Part shown: positions 28,542 to 37,087 of the stretch, one piece after another
Numbering within the stretch: the first letter of the stretch is position 1
Layout of the letters: the number at the start of each line of letters is the position of its first letter
DNA from: Actinomycetota bacterium
GTDB lineage: Bacteria > Actinomycetota > Acidimicrobiia > IMCC26256 > PALSA-555
NCBI GenBank assembly: GCA_016870355.1
Contig: VGBR01000001.1
Coordinates: forward strand, 57,574 to 121,573
DNA length: 64,000 bases
Direction: 5' to 3'
Position numbers and translations under genes: made by a program
The notes under the pieces: model-generated
What the model saw: only the letters and a program-made list of their open reading frames with translations
Told to the model about the DNA's origin: nothing
Databases searched by the model: none

Positions 28542-29859
28542 CCCCGCGCAGGGCGTCGATCAGCCGGTCGTCGTCGGTCGGGTCGACGGTGCGAAGATCG
28601 GCGACGACCGTGTCGCGTTCGGCGCGCCCAACAATCTGGTGATCACGCAAGGCTGCGAGCGCGCGGTCGACGGACGACACCTCGATCGCTACCCCGACCG
28701 ACGGGATCGTGAGCCCAGGGAGCGAGCCGCCACCCGCGACGGCTTCCGTGTCGACGACCTTGGCGCGCGGCACTGCGGTTGCGATCTGCTCGGCCCGGGC
28801 GCGCAGCTCGTCGAGCGATGCCATCGCCATGCGCCACAGCGGGATCGACCTGGCGTCGCCCGCGAGGTACGCGAACGCGACGTGCTGGAGCGCGGCGAGC
28901 GTCATCTTGTCGGCACGCAGTGCCCGCGCGAGCGGGTGGCGGGCAATCGTCTCGATGAGCTCGGCCTTCCCGACGATCACACCCGCCTGCGGTCCGCCGA
29001 GCAGCTTGTCGCCCGAGAACGTGACGACCGCCGCGCCTGCGTCGAGCGCCTGACGGACGCCGGGTTCGTCGTGCAGCCAGGTCGGGCGGTGCGGGAGCCA
29101 CGGTGTGGTGTCGTCGAGGAGCCCGGAGCCAGCGTCGACCATGACCGGCGGGCCAAGTGCGGCGAGCTCGTCGACGGGCGCTGCCTCGGTGAAGCCGATC
29201 ATCCGGTAGTTCGATGCGTGCACCTTCAGCACCAGCGCCGTCTCGTCGCGTAGCCGTGCCGCGTAGTCGCTCACACGCGTGCGGTTGGTGGTTCCCACCT
29301 CGATCAACACGCAGCCCGATTCCGCCATGATCTCCGGCACGCGGAAGCCGCCACCGATCTCGACCAGCTCGCCACGAGAAACCACGACCTCACGACCGCG
29401 GGCCAGCGCACCGAGGCACAGCAGCACCGCAGCCGCGTTGTTGTTCACGACGAGCCCGGCCTCCGCGCCGCATGCCTGCGCCAGCAGGGCGCCGGCGTGA
29501 TCGTGGCGGGATCCGCGCTCGCCCTCCGGCAGTCGGTACTCAAGGTTCGAGTACCCACTCGCGACATCGCGCACGGCGTCCAGTGCGTCGAGCGAGAGGG
29601 GCGCGCGCCCCAAGTTCGTGTGCACGATGACCCCGGTCGCGTTCACGACGGGTTGGAGCAATGCGCGCCGTCGTGCCTCAACCCGATTTCGGGCGTCGGC
29701 GATGACCGTGCCCTCGTCGACGGTCTCTCCGGACACCGCTCGATCGCGCGCTGCGTCCACCGCATCGCGTGCACATTGCGCGAGAAGGTCGTGCGGCAAG
29801 CCGGCGATCGCGCTGAGTACACGGTCGACGCCCGGCAGCGCGCGACGAGGGTCGTTCAC
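28516..29859 (-). CDS. selA: L-seryl-tRNA(Sec) selenium transferase SelA
   Basis: 447 aa. N-terminus LPGVDRVL, NNNAAAVLL, and PLP-lysine region FSGDKLLGGPQAG. Confidence 0.9.
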   Translation of the reverse strand: MNDPRRALPGVDRVLSAIAGLPHDLLAQCARDAVDAARDRAVSGETVDEGTVIADARNRVEARRRALLQPVVNATGVIVHTNLGRAPLSLDALDAVRDVASGYSNLEYRLPEGERGSRHDHAGALLAQACGAEAGLVVNNNAAAVLLCLGALARGREVVVSRGELVEIGGGFRVPEIMAESGCVLIEVGTTNRTRVSDYAARLRDETALVLKVHASNYRMIGFTEAAPVDELAALGPPVMVDAGSGLLDDTTPWLPHRPTWLHDEPGVRQALDAGAAVVTFSGDKLLGGPQAGVIVGKAELIETIARHPLARALRADKMTLAALQHVAFAYLAGDARSIPLWRMAMASLDELRARAEQIATAVPRAKVVDTEAVAGGGSLPGLTIPSVGVAIEVSSVDRALAALRDHQIVGRAERDTVVADLRTVDPTDDDRLIDALRGVLGTLDVA

Positions 29860-29963
29860 GCGTGCAAGCGTAGGTCGGGGTCGGCAGAGGCCGACCGGGC
29901 GACTCCTACAATGTGAGGGTGAAGCACCCTGGCAGCGCCGCGTGGATCGCGCGGGGGTGATCG

Positions 29964-30803
29964 GTGCCTGATCTCACACCGGGCGTGCCGAGCGCGCTCT
30001 CACCGCTGGTTCGGCGCATCGTCGCTCGCAATCCCGGTCCGTTCACCGGGCCCGGCACGAACACCTACCTCGTCGGCATCGATGAAGTCGCGGTGATCGA
30101 TCCCGGGCCGGACGACAAGGCTCACGTCGACGCGATCATCGGCGCGTCGATGAAGGAGCGCGTGCGGTGGGTGCTGCTCACGCACACGCACCCCGATCAC
30201 TGGCCGGCGACGAAGCGGCTCGTGAAGGCGACCAAGGCCGAGCTGCTGATGTTCGGCAAGCGCGACAAGGACGTCGACCTGACACCGGCGCGAGTTCTCG
30301 AAGAAGGCGACACGATCGAGGGCAGCGAGTTCGGGCTCGAGGTGTTGCACGCACCCGGTCACCATCCGCAGCACGTCTGCTATCTGCTCGAGGAGGAGCG
30401 CGTGCTGTTCACGGGTGACACGGTGCTCGAAGGGATGTACTCGGTGGTCAACCCGTCCCGCGGCGGCGACATGGCCGTGTACGTCAAGACGTTGGAGCGG
30501 CTCCGTCGGCTGCGACTCAGCCGGATCGCCCCCGGCCACGGTGACGTGATCGAGGAGCCGAAGGTGCGACTCGACGACTACCTCTCACACCGTCGTCAGC
30601 GCGAGTCGCAGATTCTCCGGCTGCTGAAGAAGAAGGACGGCGCCAAGGTGAAGGATCTCGTCGCCGACATCTACGGCAGCGACGAGCTCCCGCCCGAGCT
30701 GATCGAAGCCGCGGGATGGCAAGTGCATGCCCACCTCGTGAAGCTGAAAGCCGAAGGCAAGGTCACCGGCACGACGGCGAAGGCAACCTGGACCGCCGTC
30801 TGA
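29964..30803 (+). CDS. MBL-fold metallo-hydrolase
   Basis: THTHPDH metal motif, HAPGHHP, and a C-terminal winged-helix-like tail. GTG start. Confidence 0.8.
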   Translation: MPDLTPGVPSALSPLVRRIVARNPGPFTGPGTNTYLVGIDEVAVIDPGPDDKAHVDAIIGASMKERVRWVLLTHTHPDHWPATKRLVKATKAELLMFGKRDKDVDLTPARVLEEGDTIEGSEFGLEVLHAPGHHPQHVCYLLEEERVLFTGDTVLEGMYSVVNPSRGGDMAVYVKTLERLRRLRLSRIAPGHGDVIEEPKVRLDDYLSHRRQRESQILRLLKKKDGAKVKDLVADIYGSDELPPELIEAAGWQVHAHLVKLKAEGKVTGTTAKATWTAV

Positions 30804-30806
30804 CAG

Positions 30807-30851
30807 TTCGGCACGTGCAACGACCTGGGGAGTCGCTCAGCGTGCCGAGAA
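30807..30851. repeat. Hairpin repeat copy 2 (TTCGGCACG...CAGCGTGCCGAGAA) between convergent MBL and mrp genes
   Basis: Left arm at 30807-30815, right arm at 30838-30851. The right arm can alternatively pair with the downstream CTCGG (CCGAGAATCCTCGG). Confidence 0.65.
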
Positions 30852-30859
30852 TCCTCGGG

Positions 30860-32167
30860 TTAGGTCTTCGCGGCGGCTTGGTCGGCGAGTTCGAGGATTC
30901 TTGCTGTGCAGCCGGCCATCTCGATTGGTGGCGCGAGGTCGTCGACGAGCTGGGCGGCGAGCTCGTGGAAAGCGACGCCGGCGGGGCTGTCGGGTGCGCT
31001 GAGCGCGATCGGCCTCCCGGTGTCGCTGCCCTCGGAGAGCGACGGCTCGAGGGGGATCTGCGCGACCAGCGGCGCGCTGATCTCGTCAGCCAGAGCCTTC
31101 CCGCCACCCTCACCGAAGACCGCGAACCGCTCGCCCGAGGGCGCGACGAACTCACTCATGTTCTCGACGACGCCGACGACCTTGAGGTACGAGCGGCGAG
31201 CCATGTCGGCAACTCGCACCGCGACGCGCTGCGCCGCGACCGCCGGCGTCGTGACCACGAGCAGCTCCGACTGGGGAAGCATCCGCGCGAGGCCCATCTG
31301 GATGTCACCCGTGCCGGGTGGCAGGTCGATGAGCAAGTAGTCCATCTCGCCCCAGCGCACGTCGTTGAGGAACTGCTCGACCGCCTTGGTGAGGATGAGG
31401 CCGCGCCACATGAGCGCGGTGCCTTCGTCGTCGACGAGGAATCCCATCGACACGACCTTGAGAAGTCCGGCAGGACCGTTGGTGTCGAGCGTGTTCGGCA
31501 CCTCGACCGTGTTCGGGTGGATCTTCCCCTCCGCTCCGCCGAGGCGGCCTTCGACACCGAGCATGCGCGGGACGCTGAAGCCCCAGATGTCAGCGTCGAG
31601 CACGCCGACGGTGAGCCCGCGCGATGCGAGCGCCGCCGCGAGGTTCACCGTCACCGACGACTTGCCTACACCGCCCTTGCCGCTCGCGACCGCGAGGACT
31701 CGCGTGGTCGCGAGCACCTCAGTCGGTTCCGCGTCCTCGCGTGCTTGCCACCGGGCGCGCTGCATCGCGGTCGCCTTCTGCTCTTGGGTCATCTCGCCGT
31801 ACTCGACGTCGACCTCGGTGACGCCGGGAAGCCCGCGCACCTTCGACTGCACCTCAGACTTGATCTGACCGCGCAGCGGGCACCCCGCGGTGGTGAGCGC
31901 GACCTTGACCTTCACCTTCCCGTCGGGTGACACCTCCACGTCGTCGACCATGCCGAGCTCGACGATGCTGAGGTGCAGCTCGGGATCGATGACGCCCGCG
32001 AGCATCCGCCGGACGTCGTCGGGCGACGGGGCGGGGCCGGCAAGAGGTGCATGGATCGCGGCGCCGCTGTCGTCCTCCATGGGCCAGCTCTCTCCGCTCC
32101 GGGATACCCGGAGCGGCCCTTCGGGTCGTTCGCCGGCGGCGGGATCAGGCGTCTGCATGACAGTCAC
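30860..32167 (-). CDS. apbC: Mrp/ApbC-family Fe-S cluster carrier ATPase with N-terminal DUF59/MIP18 domain
   Basis: DUF59 region VIDPELHLSIVELGMV, P-loop ASGKGGVGKSS, and a CxxC-less ParA/Mrp core. Start uncertain (32167 or ATG 32080). Confidence 0.85.
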   Translation of the reverse strand: MTVMQTPDPAAGERPEGPLRVSRSGESWPMEDDSGAAIHAPLAGPAPSPDDVRRMLAGVIDPELHLSIVELGMVDDVEVSPDGKVKVKVALTTAGCPLRGQIKSEVQSKVRGLPGVTEVDVEYGEMTQEQKATAMQRARWQAREDAEPTEVLATTRVLAVASGKGGVGKSSVTVNLAAALASRGLTVGVLDADIWGFSVPRMLGVEGRLGGAEGKIHPNTVEVPNTLDTNGPAGLLKVVSMGFLVDDEGTALMWRGLILTKAVEQFLNDVRWGEMDYLLIDLPPGTGDIQMGLARMLPQSELLVVTTPAVAAQRVAVRVADMARRSYLKVVGVVENMSEFVAPSGERFAVFGEGGGKALADEISAPLVAQIPLEPSLSEGSDTGRPIALSAPDSPAGVAFHELAAQLVDDLAPPIEMAGCTARILELADQAAAKT

Positions 32168-32187
32168 GACAATAAAACCAGTCGATC

Positions 32188-32216
32188 TTGAAAATATGCC
32201 CCTCCCGGGCTACCGT
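32188..32216 (+). promoter_or_regulatory. Candidate sigma-70-type promoter for the ArsR/SufR-like gene
   Basis: TTGAAA (32188-32193), a 17-nt spacer, then TACCGT (32211-32216), in the only AT-rich stretch of the divergent intergenic region. Confidence 0.3.
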
Positions 32217-32278
32217 CAATCGGCAGTGAGCGAACGTCCGCGGGCCGGGTATCCCGGCACGCAGAGAGCGAACCAGTA

Positions 32279-32950
32279 GTGATGGATCTGAACGTGTTGA
32301 AGGCGCTCGCCGACGACACCCGATACGCGGTCTACCGAGAGCTGGCGTCATCGACGGCCGCGCTTTCGGCGCAGGACTTGGCCGATCGGCTCGGTGTTCA
32401 CGCCAACACCGTGCGTCTGCACCTCGAGCGACTGCGCGACGCCGGTCTCGTCGATGCCGAAGCGGTGCACCGCGGCACGGTCGGGCGACCGCAGCACCTC
32501 TACTTCCTCGCCGCGGGCGCGCCGGGGCTCGGGTTCGACCCGCCCGCGCACGCGTTGCTCGCCGGCTTGCTCGCCGCGTTGGGTGAGCGTGTCGGCGCCG
32601 ACGCCGATGACGCGGCCGACACCGGGCATGCGTGGGGGGTTGAGGCGGGTCGACGCACACGCTCGCGGTCGTGCGTGAAGGCGCTCGAGTCCGAGCTGCA
32701 TCGCCTCGGCTTCGAGCCGGGGGTCGAGCAGGGCGACGGCACGTCCGAAGGCGGCACCCGCATCGAGTTCCTGCACTGCCCGTTCCGCGAGCTCGCCGAG
32801 GCGTACCCGGAGCTCGTGTGCAACCTCCACCGCGGGCTCTGCGAAGGCGTGGTCGACCAGGTGGGCGGGGGAACAGTCGAGGAGTTCGCGACGTTGTATG
32901 ACCCCGAACCGTGCCATGTCACGGTTGCGGTCGGGTACCCTGACGAATAA
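32279..32950 (+). CDS. ArsR-family HTH regulator with Cys-containing C-terminal domain (SufR-like)
   Basis: wHTH region LKALADDTRYAVYRELA...LADRLGVHANTVRLHLERLRDAGLV. The C-terminal half has four Cys (HCPF, VCNLHRGLCEGV, PEPCHV). It sits between mrp and erpA. Confidence 0.7.
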   Translation: MMDLNVLKALADDTRYAVYRELASSTAALSAQDLADRLGVHANTVRLHLERLRDAGLVDAEAVHRGTVGRPQHLYFLAAGAPGLGFDPPAHALLAGLLAALGERVGADADDAADTGHAWGVEAGRRTRSRSCVKALESELHRLGFEPGVEQGDGTSEGGTRIEFLHCPFRELAEAYPELVCNLHRGLCEGVVDQVGGGTVEEFATLYDPEPCHVTVAVGYPDE

Positions 32951-32973
32951 CCGCACGGAGGCAAGGGAAGATC

Positions 32974-33330
32974 ATGTCGACGTTCACCGTTACCGACGCC
33001 AGCCAGACGTTCCAGGTGAGCGACGCGGCCGCGGCAAAGGTCAAGGCGCTCATCGAGGCTGAGGATGAGAGCGACGGCCTCGTGCTCCGGGTTGCTGTCC
33101 GCCCCGGCGGGTGCTCCGGCTTCAGCTACGAGATGTTCTTCGACACCGACGTTGCCGCCGACGACCTCCAGACCGAGCGCGACGGCATCAAGGTGGTCAT
33201 CGACCCCGCGAGTCAGCAGATGCTCAAGGGTGCGCAGCTCGATTACAAGGACGGTCTCCAGGGCGCCGGGTTCTCCATCAGCAACCCGAACGCTCAGCGC
33301 AGCTGCGGCTGCGGCCAATCCTTCTCGTAG
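32974..33330 (+). CDS. erpA: HesB/IscA/ErpA-family Fe-S cluster insertion protein
   Basis: 118 aa. LRVAVRPGGCSGFSY and C-terminal CGCGQSFS. Confidence 0.9.
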   Translation: MSTFTVTDASQTFQVSDAAAAKVKALIEAEDESDGLVLRVAVRPGGCSGFSYEMFFDTDVAADDLQTERDGIKVVIDPASQQMLKGAQLDYKDGLQGAGFSISNPNAQRSCGCGQSFS

Positions 33331-33459
33331 ATCCACGCCGCACACCGCTCTCAACTGTCGCGGAATGCCGCCAATCTCGCCGCGTTCGGGTTACGCTTTC
33401 TTGCGCGTTCGAAAGGTGACGCGAGCCTGACGCGCCACGCTGGTTGAAGGGAGCGATCC

Positions 33460-34068
33460 ATGTCATCCACCTGGCCGCCCAACCCACCTCTAGGTGGTGG
33501 GCCCCCGAGCACTCCGAGTCCGTCGCCGACACCGTGGCCGGGCCGAAGGCCCACTCCGAGTCCGCCGACGCCACCGTCGCCGCGGCCTTGGGAGCCAGTT
33601 GCGCCGGCAGCGCCACCCGCTCCGCCGAGCCCACCGTCACCGGCCCCTGCGCCGGCGGCGTCCAAGCCGGCGAAGAAGAAGGCCACCAAGAAGAAGGCAG
33701 CCAAGAAGAAGGCAGCCAAGAAGGCTGCGAAGAAGAAGAAGGCGCCGCCGAAGCACAAGGCCGCGGCGAAGAAGCGTCCTGCGAAGAGGAAGGCCGCGAA
33801 GCGCAAGGCGCCGGCACGCCGGAAGGCCGTCAAGCGCAAGGCCACCAAGAAGCGCGCGACCAAGCGTCGGGCGACCAAGAAGCGGGCGACCAAGAAGCGG
33901 GCGACCAAGAAGCGGGCGACCAAGAAGCGGGCGACGAAGAAGCGCGCAACCAAGAAGCGTCCCGCGAAGCGCCGCGCGACGAAGAAGCGTCCGGCTCGCA
34001 AGACCGCCAAGCGGCGTCCGGCCAAGCGCACGGCAGCGAAGCGCAAGGCGACTCGCAAGCGCCGCTGA
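33460..34068 (+). CDS. Intrinsically disordered Pro-rich / Lys-Arg-Ala-repeat basic protein (histone H1-like tail composition)
   Basis: 202 aa. The N-terminal 65 aa are Pro/Ser/Thr-rich. The rest consists of AKKK/KKRAT repeats. In this frame the third codon positions are almost all G/C (GCG ACC AAG AAG CGG). GAAGGGAG RBS 6 nt upstream of the ATG. A hairpin terminator follows. Confidence 0.65.
   Translation: MSSTWPPNPPLGGGPPSTPSPSPTPWPGRRPTPSPPTPPSPRPWEPVAPAAPPAPPSPPSPAPAPAASKPAKKKATKKKAAKKKAAKKAAKKKKAPPKHKAAAKKRPAKRKAAKRKAPARRKAVKRKATKKRATKRRATKKRATKKRATKKRATKKRATKKRATKKRPAKRRATKKRPARKTAKRRPAKRTAAKRKATRKRR
33841..33960 (+). repeat. Eight tandem copies of a 15-bp coding repeat (GCGACCAAGAAGCGG = ATKKR)
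   Basis: Units start at 33841, 33856, 33871, 33886, 33901, 33916, 33931 and 33946. The four central copies are identical. Confidence 0.85.
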
Positions 34069-34087
34069 CGCACCAAGAAGGAGCTGA

Positions 34088-34112
34088 GGGGCCCGCCGCA
34101 AGGCGGGCCTCT
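34088..34112 (+). terminator. Hairpin terminator after the basic-protein gene
   Basis: GGGCCCGCC GCAA GGCGGGCC followed by TCTTC. Confidence 0.5.
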
Positions 34113-34195
34113 TCGCGTCGGCGGCGCGTAGGCGGCGGCTTTGCCGACCGCCGGAGCATGGAGTCGTCGCCTGCGACGGCGACCAATGGAGGCGC

Positions 34196-35056
34196 TTAGG
34201 TGAGCGCGTCGAGGAGGTGGATCATCTCCTGCTGACCGAACGCGCCATCGAGACGGCCGGCGATCGTCCCGCTGGCGTCGACGGTGAACATCCACGGTTC
34301 GGTGGGGAGACCCCACGCTTCGACCGTCGGCACGAGATCCGTCGTGCGGTTGTTCTGGTAGATCTCGACGTGCACGAACTTCGTGTCGGGGTAGCGGTCG
34401 CGGATCGACAGCATCGTGTCGAGGACCGGTCCGCAGTACTCCGACTGGCAGCGTGCCGGTGTGCCGAAGAGCACCGCGACCGGAACTCCGGAGCCGATCA
34501 GGTCAGTGAGCGACTCGTCGTGCAGATCACAGCGCGGCTGCCGCGTGCAGATCGGCTTCACATCGAGCGAGTCAGCGAGCGTGGGGGACGGTGCGCGAGA
34601 CGCAGCGTGGCCGGGCAACGGCGCGAGCGGTGCCGCGTTCACCTGGATCGCGAACTCGATGTCTCGCTTCTCCACGCGCGCGAAGCCGTTCCACACACCC
34701 GCGACATCGAGCACCGGCGTTGCCTCGTAGATGCCCCGGCCTTCGGGGATCCCCTTCTTGTAGAAGATCGTCGGCTCAAGGGTGACGTCGGTGCGGCCGG
34801 CCACCTCGGGTGAGACGAACCCGACGCGAACAGGAGGTCCCGAGACGTACCCCTTGCTCGAGCCCAGTCCGAAGATCACCCGTTGCGGATCGGGCGACAC
34901 ATAGAGGTCACTCGAAAGCACGAGTGCGCCTAGCTGCTTCCCGAGCTCGTGCTCTTCGCCCTCGTGCGCGAACGCAACCTCAGGGAGTGCGGATGCGACC
35001 ACGAGCCCACCGGACGCCGCGAGGAACGCGCGTCGAGAGATCTGCGAGTGATCCAT
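34196..35056 (-). CDS. Tat-signal thioredoxin-fold-like secreted protein
   Basis: The ATG at 35056 gives [17 protein letters not shown], a twin-arginine signal. [19 protein letters not shown] is a Cys pair in a thioredoxin-like context. The upstream part of the track ORF overlaps the divergent gene. Confidence 0.7.
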   Translation of the reverse strand: MDHSQISRRAFLAASGGLVVASALPEVAFAHEGEEHELGKQLGALVLSSDLYVSPDPQRVIFGLGSSKGYVSGPPVRVGFVSPEVAGRTDVTLEPTIFYKKGIPEGRGIYEATPVLDVAGVWNGFARVEKRDIEFAIQVNAAPLAPLPGHAASRAPSPTLADSLDVKPICTRQPRCDLHDESLTDLIGSGVPVAVLFGTPARCQSEYCGPVLDTMLSIRDRYPDTKFVHVEIYQNNRTTDLVPTVEAWGLPTEPWMFTVDASGTIAGRLDGAFGQQEMIHLLDALT

Positions 35057-35078
35057 CCCCCTATCCTGCCAATCGGCC

Positions 35079-36809
35079 ATGGCGAAGTCGGATCGGGTCA
35101 CCTTCACCTGCAACGGCGCACCGGTTGACGTCGAGATCCACCCTGACGAGTCGCTGCTCTCGGTTCTGCGGGAGCGACTCGGAATCATCTCAGTGAAGGA
35201 CGGCTGCGCCCCGCAGGGTCAATGCGGGTGCTGCACCGTGCTCGTAGACGGTTCACCCAGAGTCGCGTGCGTCACCGCGGCAAGTCGCGTTGAGGGCCGA
35301 ACGATCACGACGATCGAGGGTGTCGATCCGTCGATTCGCTCGCAGCTGGTGGACGCGTTCGTCGCGACGGGCGCATCGCAATGCGGCTTCTGCACGCCGG
35401 GCATCCTCGTGCGGGCGACGGGCTTGCTCGGAAACGGCCGGACCGACCGCGCCGCGGTCGACCGTGCACTGGCAGCGCACCTCTGCCGGTGCACTGGCTG
35501 GTGCACGATTCGCGAAGCCATCAATGCGGCAGCAACCGCGATGCCCATGGATGCATCAGCTCGGCGTGACCTCGATGCGGCCGCGCGACGGGCGGAGCTC
35601 GAAGGGGGAGTTGCACAGCGCGTCGGCGCCGATGTTCCGATCGGCGATGGTGGGTTCGCTGACGACACCGGGCCGCGTGACGCATTGGTCGCCGTCCCCG
35701 CGATTTGCTCCGACGCACCGACGACAGACGCGGCCGGCCTGAGCTGGGTGATCGCTGACACGCTCGATGCCGCGCGCGCTCAGGCCGGAAAGGTGCAGGG
35801 TCGGCGCACGACCGTCGAGCCGGCCCCGCCGCTCACGTCCGCGCCGTGCCCGGATGGCGGCGTGCGCCTCGCGACCGGATGGCTGGAACCCGCGTACCTC
35901 GAGCCCGACGCATCGTGGTGTGCGCCCGGCGGTGAGCCTGCGTCACCGCTCGCGAACGGCGGTGCGTTCGGTGGCAAGGAGACGTCAGTCGTCGCCACCG
36001 CGGCCCGAGAGCTCGCCGATCAGTTCGGCCGTCCGGTGCGAACGGTCCTCGCGCGAGAGGACGTCGTGCGCTTGGGACCGAAGCGGCCGCCGATCGCCGC
36101 CACGGCGGTGCTGCGCGACGGGCGAGTCGACATCAATGGAACGGTCGCCGGCGCACTCGAACGGTTCACCGCCCCGCTCGCACTCGCGTACCGACTCGAT
36201 CTCACCGAGTCGTGGACGGAGCAGATCGCTCCGGGGCCGCCCGTCGGAGCACACGCGCGCGCGACCGGACTCGCAGAACGAACGATCCTCGTCGAGGGCG
36301 CAATCGACGCGGCCGGCGTCGCTCGCGCCGACCTCGTCACCGACGACCGCCTCGCCAACGTGCTGCTCGACGCCTGCGCACTCGTCGACGGCGGTGCCGC
36401 GGCGGGCGCGCGCGTTCACGTCGATCCGAATACCGGCGCATTGCAACGCGTCGATGTGCGAGTGGCTGCTGGCGATCCACTCGACGAGGTCGTGCTGCGC
36501 TCCTACGCGATCGGCGGCGCGCACATGGCACTCGGCTGGGTGCTGAGCGAGGGACTGACCGTTGATCCCGCAACCGGTGAGGTCCTCGACCTGACCATCC
36601 GATCGTTCGGTGTGCTGCGGGCGAAGGACACGCCGCCGATCGAGATCACGATCGTGGACGACCCGGCACCCGCGCGGCCGCGCAGCTCAGACGCCGTCTT
36701 CGCGGCGGTTGCCGCAGCGACCTGGAACGCCATCACCACCGCAGAGGGCGAGCGTCCGGAGAGCTTTCCGGCTCGTGGGGTACGCGCGGCTCGGCGACTG
36801 CGCACCTGA
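35079..36809 (+). CDS. Fusion of a 2Fe-2S (CoxS/XdhC-small-subunit type) domain with a shortened xanthine dehydrogenase-family molybdopterin-subunit-like region
   Basis: The N-terminal ~155 aa carry both 2Fe-2S motifs (CAPQGQCGCCTV, QCGFCTPG...LCRCTGW). Downstream are GGAFGGKE and a C-terminal IGGAHMALGW...DTPPIEI, resembling XDH/CoxL segments. That portion is only ~420 aa. Confidence 0.75.
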   Translation: MAKSDRVTFTCNGAPVDVEIHPDESLLSVLRERLGIISVKDGCAPQGQCGCCTVLVDGSPRVACVTAASRVEGRTITTIEGVDPSIRSQLVDAFVATGASQCGFCTPGILVRATGLLGNGRTDRAAVDRALAAHLCRCTGWCTIREAINAAATAMPMDASARRDLDAAARRAELEGGVAQRVGADVPIGDGGFADDTGPRDALVAVPAICSDAPTTDAAGLSWVIADTLDAARAQAGKVQGRRTTVEPAPPLTSAPCPDGGVRLATGWLEPAYLEPDASWCAPGGEPASPLANGGAFGGKETSVVATAARELADQFGRPVRTVLAREDVVRLGPKRPPIAATAVLRDGRVDINGTVAGALERFTAPLALAYRLDLTESWTEQIAPGPPVGAHARATGLAERTILVEGAIDAAGVARADLVTDDRLANVLLDACALVDGGAAAGARVHVDPNTGALQRVDVRVAAGDPLDEVVLRSYAIGGAHMALGWVLSEGLTVDPATGEVLDLTIRSFGVLRAKDTPPIEITIVDDPAPARPRSSDAVFAAVAAATWNAITTAEGERPESFPARGVRAARRLRT

Positions 36810-36840
36810 CCGTGCTCGCTCGCCGGATAACGTCGATCTC

Positions 36841-36984
36841 GTGATCGGCGGAATCATCTTCGTCGTGGCGATGGTGATTGTGGTGCCCGTCGGCGTGATG
36901 TTCGCCGGCGCGGCGTGGAGCGCCGTCCTCGGCTGGAGCGCGTCGTGCGACTTCGCATCGCCGAAGAGCGACGAGAGCGAGTAG
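36841..36984 (+). CDS. Possible small hydrophobic peptide (47 aa)
   Basis: A GTG start gives IGGIIFVVAMVIVVPVGVMFAGAAWSAVLGW with one or two TM helices. No strong RBS. Confidence 0.25.
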   Translation: MIGGIIFVVAMVIVVPVGVMFAGAAWSAVLGWSASCDFASPKSDESE

Positions 36985-36997
36985 CCCTGGATTCGCC

Positions 36998-37086
36998 CCG
37001 GGGTGGCTTTGCCGCCCCGGAAGCAACAGCGTCTCGGTGTGAGTCGCGTCGGGAGGGGCAGGCGGGGAGGGCCTGCCCTCCCCGCC
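36998..37086 (+). repeat. Bipartite hairpin repeat, copy A (bidirectional-terminator position)
   Basis: Module 1 is CCGGGGTGGC TTT GCCGCCCCGG (36998-37020). A 30-nt spacer follows. Module 2 is GGGAGGGGCAGGCGGGGAGGGCCTGCCCTCCCCGCC (37051-37086). The reverse complement occurs at 40862-40950. Confidence 0.75.
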
Positions 37087-37087
37087 A

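Noticed and set aside
33841-33960. Regular 15-bp direct repeats that superficially suggest a CRISPR-like or minisatellite array.
   Set aside because: There are no spacers and the units are contiguous, in frame and code for ATKKR within a larger basic ORF. This is a coding tandem repeat.
33351-34316. Alternative frames over the repeat region: an acidic EEGSQEEG frame at 33444..34199, poly-Arg frames, and minus-strand ORFs up to 321 aa.
   Set aside because: All six frames are open because of the repeat. Only the 33460..34068 frame has near-uniform G/C third positions, an RBS and a downstream terminator. The others have no start context.
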